Source of the DNA: Eledone cirrhosa | Taxonomy: Eukaryota | Reading direction: 5' to 3' | NCBI GenBank assembly: GCA_964016885.1 | Contig: OZ024765.1 | Coordinates: 4,030,001 to 4,094,000 of the forward strand | DNA length: 64,000 nt | Shown here: piece after piece, positions 1 to 10,800 of the stretch | Position numbering within the stretch: the first letter of the stretch is position 1 | How the letters are laid out: each line of letters starts with the position of its first letter | Translations under genes and position numbers: made by a program | The notes under the pieces: model-generated | Databases searched by the model: none | Told to the model about the DNA's origin: nothing | The model's input: only the letters and a program-made list of their open reading frames with translations

Positions 1-120
1 GAATCCAGAGAAGAACAAAACAGAAAACACCAGAATTATTAAGAAATCTGTCTTCTGAAGAAAGATGTTAAACTTTAGGGATTGCAAATTTAGAGGAGAT
101 ACATCTAAGAGGGTGGGGGG

Positions 121-352
121 ACATGATAGAAATATATATTTAAAGGACTAATATTTAAATAGTAGTACACTATTCCAATGTAAAGCTCTGAATAACTATA
201 TCTTTCGGGGAGATATATCAAACGAGCGACATGATAGAAATATATATTTAAAGGACTAATATTTAAATAGTAGTACATTATTCCAATGTAAAGCCCTGAA
301 TAACTACAGCTTTCGGGGAGATATATCAAACGAGTGACATGATAGAAATATT
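121..352 (+). repeat. 108-bp tandem duplication specific to copy 1
   Basis: ACATGATAGAAATAT starts at 121, 229 and 337 (period 108). Other copies carry only one 108-bp block. Confidence 0.95.
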
Positions 353-460
353 TAAAATAATGAAAAGACTACAATATACAGTATTGCAGAAGTAAATGTA
401 AATATAAGACATTACCATTGAACTGCAGATGAAAGTCAGAACTCTTTACATTTATCCCAG

Positions 461-660
461 GTATATAGAAAGCTATCCTGATGTCCACTGATTGAAATAT
501 AAAACAATAAAGAAACACCACAATCCAGTAAACCTTAGTAATAATCCAATTAAGCCGCCATTTACAGTAGAAAATAGTAAGAAAAACAAAGTCACACTCA
601 GAAGTTAATGCAGTGAAAACAATAAAAATATTATTAATAAATAATAATAATTTCATTTCA
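461..660 (+). other. Candidate terminal exon A (in every unit)
   Basis: Pyrimidine-rich acceptor TTTACATTTATCCCAG|G, then YIESYPDVH* (TGA 489-491), AATAAA at 621 and 636, and a GT/T-rich downstream tract. Paralogous to 2353-2560. Confidence 0.35.
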
Positions 661-784
661 TATTATCATTAAATTGTTTGTCTATTTTTATTGTAAACAT
701 AAAATATACAAATATATATATATATATTATTATTATTATATATATAGATTCATACATATACATCGATACATTCTGTGAGTATGT

Positions 785-921
785 CTTACTTAGGCAAAAG
801 TCAAGTAATTTGCGGTGAGGAACCAATCCGTTAAATTGATCCCAGTACATGACTGGTACTATAAGTTATCTGCTCCAAAATCATAAAATTATGGATTAAT
901 CTAAACACTGAGAACATAAAG
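785..921 (-). mobile_element. Decayed tRNA-derived SINE fragment (in every unit), next to a (TA)n tract
   Basis: TAGGCAAAAG...GATCCCAGTACATGACTGGTACT...CTGAGAAC aligns by eye with the less decayed SINE at 62945-63060 (TAGGCACAAG...CCCAGTGCATTACTGGTACT...CTCAGATC). Confidence 0.65.
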
Positions 922-1110
922 GTGGGGTAAAATTATTTAAAAATTGAGGTTTTAATATTTTATCTTGGTGTCATACTTAAGGATATAATGTAGTTATTGG
1001 TGGAAATAATATAATATGTGATGAAGAGGTGTATATAACTGTGGATATAGAATTGTTTTAATCATTATTTTTAACGGACGAAAAAACTACATAATGACTT
1101 CTAGTCGGAG

Positions 1111-1255
1111 TTACGGGAAATTACGGCAAAGACCCTCCATGAAGGTTCAAATATTACACATTATCTATATATAGGAATCGGGCTAAACAATTTACGGGCA
1201 CGTCGCTCTAAGTTGGAATATTTTTCACACACACAGACACGGGAGTTAGGTATGA
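1111..1255 (+). promoter_or_regulatory. Candidate Pol II promoter and first exon B (in every unit)
   Basis: TTACGGGAA (reverse complement TTCCCGTAA, STAT/GAS-type) overlaps kB-like GGGAAATTAC. TATA-like CTATATATAGG at ~1165; donor AG|GTATG(A/G) at 1249/1250. Confidence 0.25.
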
Positions 1256-1554
1256 CATATTTCAAATAAGAGAACATTATTACAGACGGAGTCATTGTAG
1301 GTTGAAATCATTGTTAGACCGATCAGAAAGAAAATGGATATTTAATTCATGAATAAACCTGAAGTGTGAAAGACAGAGTCGACCCTTTCTAGTAACAACA
1401 CTAAGAAACCCATGAACGCCACCACGTCCTAAATCTAACTCTGCGATCGTCATATCAAATCGAAATACTTCACCAACTGTGGAAGATGAAGGATTGAAGA
1501 ACTATGATATATAGCTAAGAGGCTTGTCTCCAGAACATTTAGTAAGGTGTAAGC

Positions 1555-1872
1555 CAAGGGTTGCCAAATATTTTGGCGTCATTTCCCACATTCACATGAA
1601 AAAATGTTCCACCAGCCACCTGTATAGTAAATATTCCAAAGTATACCAAATATGTTTCGTAAATGTTTGTTCCTGGTTTAATTTTCCCAATTAGCTTCCT
1701 GATTTTTATTCAGGTTCTTTGCATATATTCCTTGAATAGGTTTTCGGGTAGCATACCTTCTTAAATCTCAAAATTCTATATCGGCCACCAAAGTTTCCAA
1801 TGGCACTCAATTTTCTGTTCAGCTGCTCATCGCCCACCCAACAGTTGAAACCGCCCAGTTGAGGAACCCCTG
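1555..1872. mobile_element. Possible degenerate hAT-type MITE (in every unit)
   Basis: Left end CAAGGGTTGCCAA; right end GTTGAGGAACCCCTG (reverse complement CAGGGGTTCCTCAAC, Charlie-like TIR). Flanks GGTGTAAGC and TGGGTAAGC resemble a decayed target-site duplication. Confidence 0.4.
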
Positions 1873-2352
1873 TGGGTAAGCTACATATTAATCGAGAGGA
1901 GGAGGTGACTATTATAATTTTTATAAGTAATAATCTTTTAAAGACAAGAGGAAATTTCATCATTAAAATCATAAATATATGTCTACAGAATACAATACAG
2001 ATTATCAAAATGAAATTAAAAGCAAGTAAATCAGGGGCCACTAAACTTTACATATTTAGTTGTATTTCTATCGTGAAAAATGTTGATCTTCAGATATTAG
2101 ATTATGGCGGCTGTAATTGTCTTTGTGTTTACGTGTTTGTTTGAAATCCTATTTTAATGTTCGTCTCTCTTTAAACATCGTTTATAGTTTGTTAAAATTA
2201 ATTTTAGATTATTCGTACCTCGTCTGTGTGGTTTATTTTGATGTAGCGTCCCTGTCTTGTTTATTTTTGGTTACATTTTAAATGTGAAATACAGGAACAA
2301 CAGACATTAAAATGAAATGTTACGTAAAACACACACCTTGTGTTTATTCCAG

Positions 2353-2560
2353 GTATTTAGATAGATGTCCAGATGTCCACTGACAACAAAATAATACAAT
2401 CATCCAGTGAAACTTGGTAATAATCCAGGTTCGTTGCAGTCACCATTCACAGTAAACAATGGTTAGAAAGAATCAAAAACAAAAACAAAAGACGTATTCA
2501 GCAGTTAATGAAGTGAAAACAAAATAAAAACAACTTTACTGAATAAAATTCATTTCTTAA
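2353..2560 (+). other. Candidate terminal exon B, paralog of exon A (in every unit)
   Basis: Acceptor CTTGTGTTTATTCCAG|G, then YLDRCPDVH* (TGA 2381-2383), AATAAA at 2523 and 2542, and a T-rich downstream tract. Confidence 0.35.
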
Positions 2561-2711
2561 TTTCAATAAGGTTTTTTGTTCTTTCTTTTATAAAAAAAAA
2601 AAAATTTAATTAAAATATGTTGAATATAATATGGGACATTACTACAAAGTACAGCATTATTAGTTCAAATCTTACTTAATAAAAGCAACAAATACGCAGT
2701 TATTAGTATAA

Positions 2712-2782
2712 AAGCTAACGGAAATCGAACCCTAAATCACGATCTCCACCGTCTCTAGTACTTACCATTAGGCCACAGGGAC
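2712..2782 (-). ncRNA. tRNA-like Pol III module A (not a foldable tRNA); in all 12 copies
   Basis: Minus strand GTCCCTG TGGCCTAATGG TAAGTACTAGAGACGGTGGAGATCGTGATTTAG GGTTCGATTTCC has A and B boxes at tRNA spacing, followed by TTTT. Acceptor and anticodon stems do not pair. Confidence 0.55.
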
Positions 2783-2822
2783 GGTTACAAAAATTTTTTG
2801 AAAATTAATATTTACTTACCTA

Positions 2823-2997
2823 TACTAGAAAAAACCGGAAGTGGAGAAAATTGAAAAACTTCTTCTTTTTCTTCCTCTGATTTTTGCCACGAACGATAAC
2901 TCGTCTCTGACTTAAATCCAAATTTTGGATAAAAAAAAATCAGAGGAAGAAAAAGAAGATGTTTTTCAATTTTCTCCACTTCCGGTTTTTTCTAGTA
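2823..2997. repeat. 63-bp inverted repeat (62/63 match), 49-bp loop; in every unit
   Basis: 2823-2885 is the reverse complement of 2935-2997 except one base. The loop holds mini-palindrome ATCCAAA-T-TTTGGAT (2916-2930). Each arm carries ACCGGAAGTG. Confidence 0.97.
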
Positions 2998-3046
2998 ATG
3001 AAAAAGTAGGTTTATAAATATTAATTTTTAGTAAGTTTCTGTAACC

Positions 3047-3120
3047 GTCCCTTTAGCTTAGTGGTAAGTATAAGAGCCGGTGGAGGTCCAGGTCCGGGGT
3101 TCAATCACTGGCAGTGTGTC
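3047..3120 (+). ncRNA. tRNA-like Pol III module B
   Basis: GTCCCTT TAGCTTAGTGG ... AGGTCCGG GGTTCAATC, with T6 at 3129-3134 and TTTATAAATA about 36 bp upstream. Confidence 0.55.
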
Positions 3121-3199
3121 GTATTATATTTTTTATAGTATAAAACAAAAATAAAAAAGTAACTTTATAAATATTAATTTTCACACTGTTTTTATATCT

Positions 3200-3272
3200 G
3201 TCTCCGTGGCCTAATGGTAGGTATTAGAGACGGTGGAGAACCTGCTCTGGGTTTCGATTTAAGTCAAGGTCT
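3200..3272 (+). ncRNA. tRNA-like Pol III module C
   Basis: GTCTCCG TGGCCTAATGG TAGGTATTAGAGACGGTGGAGA...GGTTTCGATT, with T6 at 3289-3294 and the same upstream TTTATAAATATTAATTT leader. Confidence 0.5.
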
Positions 3273-3336
3273 ATAGATAATAATTTCATTTTTTACTTTA
3301 CTAGAGAAAAATTTAAATTTTAAAATATATAGTACA

Positions 3337-3408
3337 GATTCGGACTGAGATTGAACACCACATCAGTGTCTACATAATCTCTAACACCTACCATTAGCCC
3401 AACGAAAC
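3337..3408 (-). ncRNA. tRNA-like Pol III module D (most diverged)
   Basis: Minus strand GTTTCGT TGGGCTAATGG TAGGTGTTAGAGA...GTGTTCAATCTC; upstream AAAGTAGGTTTATAAATAT is shared with module B. Confidence 0.45.
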
Positions 3409-3931
3409 AGATACAAGAACATAAGAAAAAAATTATATTTATAAACCTACTTTCAATTTCCAAGCAAAATAGATGTGCTGGCGTTCATGGCTTTCTCATT
3501 GTTATTTCTACTATAATCGAGTCAATGTTTACATTTATTCTTCTGGGGCTTTCATAAAATATATTTTCACTTTCATTCGGGTTCATTAGATCCTACAACC
3601 AGATGATCTACAGGGACCTTCTTCATGGTCATAGCTGATTATTAAATATATACGGGAGAGTGTGTGTGTGTATTAGATTAGATCTTGCCGTGATGTACTC
3701 AGCAATAATCGTTTTCAATTCCGTCGTCCCTCCATCCTTGGTGTGTATATAAATATATATGCGATTTTAACGTACAACGGCGACAATATATAAATCTGTT
3801 TTGTTTGATAATAATTAGATAAAAATTATTGCTAGAGATTGATCCCTAATATTTTATCTCACTCCTTAACCAGGGAGGAAAGGTCCTCAGACTCGGACAA
3901 TGTTGATAAGGAGAGCAGAGTGTATCCTTAT

Positions 3932-4037
3932 TTGTCACGTCTTTCCAGTTGTCACGGTATATAAAAGGCAGTAGTACTAGTCACTCCTGCGAAAGACGTT
4001 GTCAGTTAGCCTTCTGTAACGAGAGAAGAAGGTCGTG
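3932..4037 (+). promoter_or_regulatory. Candidate Pol II core promoter and first exon A (in every unit)
   Basis: Two TTGTCACG direct repeats, TATATAAAAG at 3958, Inr-like AGTCACT ~22 bp downstream and TCAGTT at ~4002, weak donor AAG|GTCGTG at 4031/4032. Confidence 0.35.
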
Positions 4038-4410
4038 GCTTTTTTTTCCTCCCTATCACATAATTTATACATTTGTCATCCTTTAGATATCAATATACAA
4101 GAGAAAGAAGAAAATTGAGAACTTCGGTCTTTTAAAAGTAACATTTATTACATTAGAGTAAAATCTTGCATTAACAATATTTTGTGAGACTAAACATGGA
4201 ATGGACAAAGAGATTATTAGAAGAAGGGCAATTGTCTCTATCTTAAACGTCAATACATTCTCCAGAAAATCGAAATGAGAATAATTACAGAGATACTCTA
4301 CAAAATGTTTCGCGATATGGTTCAAGTTATTTTGTAGTAATATGCAGCTATATTTATACATGTCTCTTATACCCCTCCACGAGGAATTGTGAATATGTAT
4401 GAATATGATT

Positions 4411-4866
4411 TTAAAGATGGCTAAACATGTTGCAGAAAAAAAAGGAATTCAGATGATAGGAATAATAAAACATTCCTTTGCCAAGCTAAATGTCGAGAAG
4501 TCTAAAACACTAGTTGAATGATATGTGTGATACGACCTAGAATATTGTTTTGGGGCATGGTCAGACGACTTCAGAAAATACGGAGAAGCTATTGAAGGAA
4601 TCCAGAAAAGAACAAAACAGAAAACACCAGAATTATTAAGAAATCTGTCTTCTGAAGAAAGATGTTAAACTTTAGGGATTGCAAATTTAGAGGAGATAAA
4701 TCTAAGAAGGTGGGGGGGGGGGGGGGGCATGATAGAAATATATATTTAAAGGACTAATATTTAAATAGTAGTACACTATTCCAATGTAAAGCTCTGAATA
4801 ACTATATCTTTCGGGGAGATATATCAAACGAGTGACATGATATAAATATTTAAAATAATGAAAAGA
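4411..4866 (+). pseudogene. Ancient CR1-type LINE ORF2 C-terminal fossil (at every unit junction; partial at 1-366)
   Basis: Hand translation: LKMAKHVAEKKGIQMIGIIKHSF...YDLEYCFGAWSDDFRKYGEAIEGIQKR...LRNLSSEERC*TLGIANLEEINLRR-(polyG)-DMIEI...FKIMK. This matches CR1 motifs RPxLEY..W, LExVQRRATK, LSYEERL and RRxRGDxIExFKI, with in-frame stops. Confidence 0.8.
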
Positions 4867-7800
4867 CTACAATATACAGTATTGCAGAAGTAAATGAAAA
4901 TATAAGAAGACATCACCATTGAACTGCAGATGAAAGTCAGTACTCTTTACATTTATCCCAGGTATATAGAAAGCTATCCTGATGTCCACTGATTGAAATA
5001 TAAAACAATAAAGAAACACCACAATCCAGTAAACCTTAGTAATAATCCAATTAAGCCGCCATTTACAGTAGAAAATAGTAAGAAAAACAAAGTCACACTC
5101 AGAAGTTAATGCAGTGAAAACAATAAAAATATTATTAATAAATAATAATAATTTCATTTCATATTATCATTAAATTGTTTGTCTATTTTTATTGTAAACA
5201 TAAAATATACTAATATATATATATACATTCATACATATACATCGATACATTCTGTGAGTATGTCTTACTTAGGCAAAAGTCAAGTAATTTGCGGGGAGGA
5301 ACCAATCCGTTAAATTGATCCCAGTACATGACTGGTACTATAAGTTATATGCTCCCAAATCATAAAATTATGGGTTAATCTAAACACTGAGAACACAAAG
5401 GTGGGGTAAAATTATTTAAAAATTGAGGTTTTAATATTTTATCTTTTATTTACAAATTATATGTCTTGGTGTCATATTTAAGGATATAATGTAGTTATTG
5501 GTGGAAATAATATAATATGTGATGAAGAGGTGTATATAACTGTGGATATAGAATTGTTTTAATCATTATTTTTAACGGACGAAAAAACTACATAATGACT
5601 TCTAGTCGGAGTTACGGGAAATTACGGCAAAGACCCTCCATGAGGGTTCAAATATTACACATTATCTATATATAGGAATCGGGCTAAACAATTTACGGGC
5701 ACGTCGCTCTAAGTTGGAATATTTTTCACACACACAGACACGGGAGTTAGGTATGGCATATTTCAAATAAGAGAACATTATTACAGACGGAGTTATTGTA
5801 GGTTGAAATCATTGTTAGACCGATCAGAAAGAAAATGGATATTTAATTCATGAATAAACCTGAAGTGTGAAAGACAGAGTCGACCCTTTCTAGTAACAAC
5901 ACTAAGAAACCCATGAACGCCACCACGTCCTAAATCTAACTCTGCGATCGTCATATCAAATCGAAATACTTCACCAACTGTGGAAGATGAAGGATTGAAG
6001 AACTATGATATATAGCTAAGAGGCTTGTCTCCAGAACATTTAGTAAGGTGTAAGCCAAGGGTTGCCAAATATTTTGGCGTCATTTCCCACATTCACATGA
6101 AAAAATGTTCCACCAGCCACCTGTATAGTAAATATTCCAAAGTATACCAAATATGTTTCGTAAATGTTTGTTCCTGGTTTAATTTTCCCAATTAGCTTCC
6201 TGATATTTATTCAGGTTCTTTGCATATATTCCTTGAATAGGTTTTCGGGTAGCATACCTTCTTAAATCTCAAAATTCTATATCGGCCACCAAAGTTTCCA
6301 ATGGCCCTCAATTTTCTGTTCAGCTGCTCATCGCCCACCCAACAGTTGAAACCGCCCAGTTGAGGAACCCCTGTGGGTAAGCTACATATTAATCGAGAGG
6401 AGGAGGTGACTATTATAATTTTTATAAGTAATAATCTTTTAAAGACAAGAGGAAATTTCATCATTAAAATCATAAATATATGTCTACAGAATACAATACA
6501 GATTATCAAAATGAAATTAAAAGCAAGTAAATCAGGGGCCACTAAACTTTACATATTTAGTTGTATTTCTATCGTGAAAAATGTTGATCTTCAGATATTA
6601 GATTATGGCGGCTGTAATTGTCTTTGTGTTTACGTGTTTGTTTGAAATCCTATTTTAATGTTCGTCTCTCTTTAAACATCGTTTATAGTTTGTTAAAATT
6701 AATTTTAGATTATTCGTACCTCGTCTGTGTGGTTTATTTTGATGTAGCGTCCCTGTCTTGTTTATTTTTGGTTACATTTTAAATGTGAAATACAGGAACA
6801 TCAGACATTAAAATGAAATGTTACGTAAAACACACACCTTGTGTTTATTCCAGGTATTTAGATAGATGTCCAGATGTCCACTGACAACAAAATAATACAA
6901 TCATCCAGTGAAACTTGGTAATAATCCAGGTTCGTTGCAGTCACCATTCACAGTAAACAATGGTTAGAAAGAATCAAAAACAAAAACAAAAGACGTATTC
7001 AGCAGTTAATGAAGTGAAAACAAAATAAAAACAACTTTACTGAATAAAATTCATTTCTTAATTTCAATAAGGTTTTTTGTTCTTTCTTTTATAAAAAAAA
7101 AAAAAATTTAATTAAAATATGTTGAATATAATATGGGACATTACTACAAAGTACAGCATTATTAGTTCAAATCTTACTTAATAAAAGCAACAAATACGCA
7201 GTTATTAGTATAAAAGCTAACGGAAATCGAACCCTAAATCACGATCTCCACCGTCTCTAGTACTTACCATTAGGCCACAGGGACGGTTACAAAAATTTTT
7301 TGAAAATTAATATTTACTTACCTATACTAGAAAAAACCGGAAGTGGAGAAAATTGAAAAACTTCTTCTTTTTCTTCCTCTGATTTTTGCCACGAACGATA
7401 ACTCGTCTCTGACTTAAATCCAAATTTTGGATAAAAAAAAATCAGAGGAAGAAAAAGAAGATGTTTTTCAATTTTCTCCACTTCCGGTTTTTTCTAGTAA
7501 TGAAAAAGTAGGTTTATAAATATTAATTTTTAGTAAGTTTCTGTAACCGTCCCTTTAGCTTAGTGGTAAGTATAAGAGCCGGTGGAGGTCCAGGTCCGGG
7601 GTTCAATCACTGGCAGTGTGTCGTATTATATTTTTTATAGTATAAAACAAAAATAAAAAAGTAACTTTATAAATATTAATTTTCACACTGTTTTTATATC
7701 TGTCTCCGTGGCCTAATGGTAGGTATTAGAGACGGTGGAGAACCTGCTCTGGGTTTCGATTTAAGTCAAGGTCTATAGATAATAATTTCATTTTTTACTT

Positions 7801-10800
7801 TACTAGAGAAAAATTTAAATTTTAAAATATATAGTACAGATTCGGACTGAGATTGAACACCACATCAGTGTCTACATAATCTCTAACACCTACCATTAGC
7901 CCAACGAAACAGATACAAGAACATAAGAAAAAAATTATATTTATAAACCTACTTTCAATTTCCAAGCAAAATAGATGTGCTGGCGTTCATGGCTTTCTCA
8001 TTGTTATTTCTACTATAATCGAGTCAATGTTTACATTTATTCTTCTGGGGCTTTCATAAAATATATTTTCACTTTCATTCGGGTTCATTAGATCCTACAA
8101 CCAGATGATCTACAGGGACCTTCTTCATGGTCATAGCTGATTATTAAATATATACGGGAGAGTGTGTGTGTGTATTAGATTAGATCTTGCCGTGATGTAC
8201 TCAGCAATAATCGTTTTCAATTCCGTCGTCCCTCCATCCTTGGTGTGTATATAAATATATATGCGATTTTAACGTACAACGGCGACAATATATAAATCTG
8301 TTTTGTTTGATAATAATTAGATAAAAATTATTGCTAGAGATTGATCCCTAATATTTTATCTCACTCCTTAACCAGGGAGGAAAGGTCCTCAGACTCGGAC
8401 AATGTTGATAAGGAGAGCAGAGTGTATCCTTATTTGTCACGTCTTTCCAGTTGTCACGGTATATAAAAGGCAGTAGTACTAGTCACTCCTGCGAAAGACG
8501 TTGTCAGTTAGCCTTCTGTAACGAGAGAAGAAGGTCGTGGCTTTTTTTTCCTCCCTATCACATAATTTATACATTTGTCATCCTTTAGATATCAATATAC
8601 AAGAGAAAGAAGAAAATTGAGAACTTCGGTCTTTTAAAAGTAACATTTATTACATTAGAGTAAAATCTTGCATTAACAATATTTTGTGAGACTAAACATG
8701 GAATGGACAAAGAGATTATTAGAAGAAGGGCAATTGTCTCTATCTTAAACGTCAATACATTCTCCAGAAAATCGAAATGAGAATAATTACAGAGATACTT
8801 TACAAAATGTTTCGCGATATGGTTCAAGTTATTTTGTAGTAATATGCAGCTATATTTATACATGTCTCTTATACCCCTCCACGAGGAATTGTGAATATGT
8901 ATGAATATGATTTTAAAGATGGCTAAACATGTTGCAGAAAAAAAAGGAATTCAGATGATAGGAATAATAAAACATTCCTTTGCCAAGCTAAATGTCGAGA
9001 AGTCTAAAACACTAGTTGAATGAATGATATGTGTGATACGACCTAGAATATTGTTTTGGGGCATGGTCAGACGACTTCAGAAAATACGGAGAAGCTATTG
9101 AAGGAATCCAGAAAAGAACAAAACAGAAAACACCAGAATTATTAAGAAATCTGTCTTCTGAAGAAAGATGTTAAACTTTAGGGATTGCAAATTTAGAGGA
9201 GATAAATCTAAGAAGGTGGGGGGGGGGGGGGGGGGGCATGATAGAAATATATATTTAAAGGACTAATATTTAAATAGTAGTACACTATTCCAATGTAAAG
9301 CTCTGAATAACTATATCTTTCGGGGAGATATATCAAACGAGTGACATGATATAAATATTTAAAATAATGAAAAGACTACAATATACAGTATTGCAGAAGT
9401 AAATGAAAATATAAGAAGACATCACCATTGAACTGCAGATGAAAGTCAGTACTCTTTACATTTATCCCAGGTATATAGAAAGCTATCCTGATGTCCACTG
9501 ATTGAAATATAAAACAATAAAGAAACACCACAATCCAGTAAACCTTAGTAATAATCCAATTAAGCCGCCATTTACAGTAGAAAATAGTAAGAAAAACAAA
9601 GTCACACTCAGAAGTTAATGCAGTGAAAACAATAAAAATATTATTAATAAATAATAATAATTTCATTTCATATTATCATTAAATTGTTTGTCTATTTTTA
9701 TTGTAAACATAAAATATACTAATATATATATATACATTCATACATATACATCGATACATTCTGTGAGTATGTCTTACTTAGGCAAAAGTCAAGTAATTTG
9801 CGGGGAGGAACCAATCCGTTAAATTGATCCCAGTACATGACTGGTACTATAAGTTATATGCTCCCAAATCATAAAATTATGGGTTAATCTAAACACTGAG
9901 AACACAAAGGTGGGGTAAAATTATTTAAAAATTGAGGTTTTAATATTTTATCTTTTATTTACAAATTATATGTCTTGGTGTCATATTTAAGGATATAATG
10001 TAGTTATTGGTGGAAATAATATAATATGTGATGAAGAGGTGTATATAACTGTGGATATAGAATTGTTTTAATCATTATTTTTAACGGACGAAAAAACTAC
10101 ATAATGACTTCTAGTCGGAGTTACGGGAAATTACGGCAAAGACCCTCCATGAGGGTTCAAATATTACACATTATCTATATATAGGAATCGGGCTAAACAA
10201 TTTACGGGCACGTCGCTCTAAGTTGGAATATTTTTCACACACACAGACACGGGAGTTAGGTATGGCATATTTCAAATAAGAGAACATTATTACAGACGGA
10301 GTTATTGTAGGTTGAAATCATTGTTAGACCGATCAGAAAGAAAATGGATATTTAATTCATGAATAAACCTGAAGTGTGAAAGACAGAGTCGACCCTTTCT
10401 AGTAACAACACTAAGAAACCCATGAACGCCACCACGTCCTAAATCTAACTCTGCGATCGTCATATCAAATCGAAATACTTCACCAACTGTGGAAGATGAA
10501 GGATTGAAGAACTATGATATATAGCTAAGAGGCTTGTCTCCAGAACATTTAGTAAGGTGTAAGCCAAGGGTTGCCAAATATTTTGGCGTCATTTCCCACA
10601 TTCACATGAAAAAATGTTCCACCAGCCACCTGTATAGTAAATATTCCAAAGTATACCAAATATGTTTCGTAAATGTTTGTTCCTGGTTTAATTTTCCCAA
10701 TTAGCTTCCTGATATTTATTCAGGTTCTTTGCATATATTCCTTGAATAGGTTTTCGGGTAGCATACCTTCTTAAATCTCAAAATTCTATATCGGCCACCA

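Noticed and set aside
1016-1362. Box C/D snoRNA (GTGATGA)
   Set aside because: No box D with a terminal stem at a plausible distance.
2104-2157. ATG ORF MAAVIVFVFTCLFEILF* resembling a signal peptide after an acceptor at ~2093
   Set aside because: Stops after 17 codons, has only a weak donor, and hydrophobicity is expected from T-rich DNA.
2591-2604. Poly(A) run as a retrocopy tail of exon B
   Set aside because: It lies ~45 bp past AATAAA and after the T-rich downstream tract, no target-site duplication is evident, and intron-side homology is retained.
2812-2822. TACTTACCT resembling the U1 snRNA 5' end
   Set aside because: Downstream sequence has no U1 similarity; it is simply a donor-like AGGTAAGTA on the minus strand.
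2712-3408. Modules A-D as functional tRNA genes
   Set aside because: Acceptor, anticodon and T stems do not base-pair properly.
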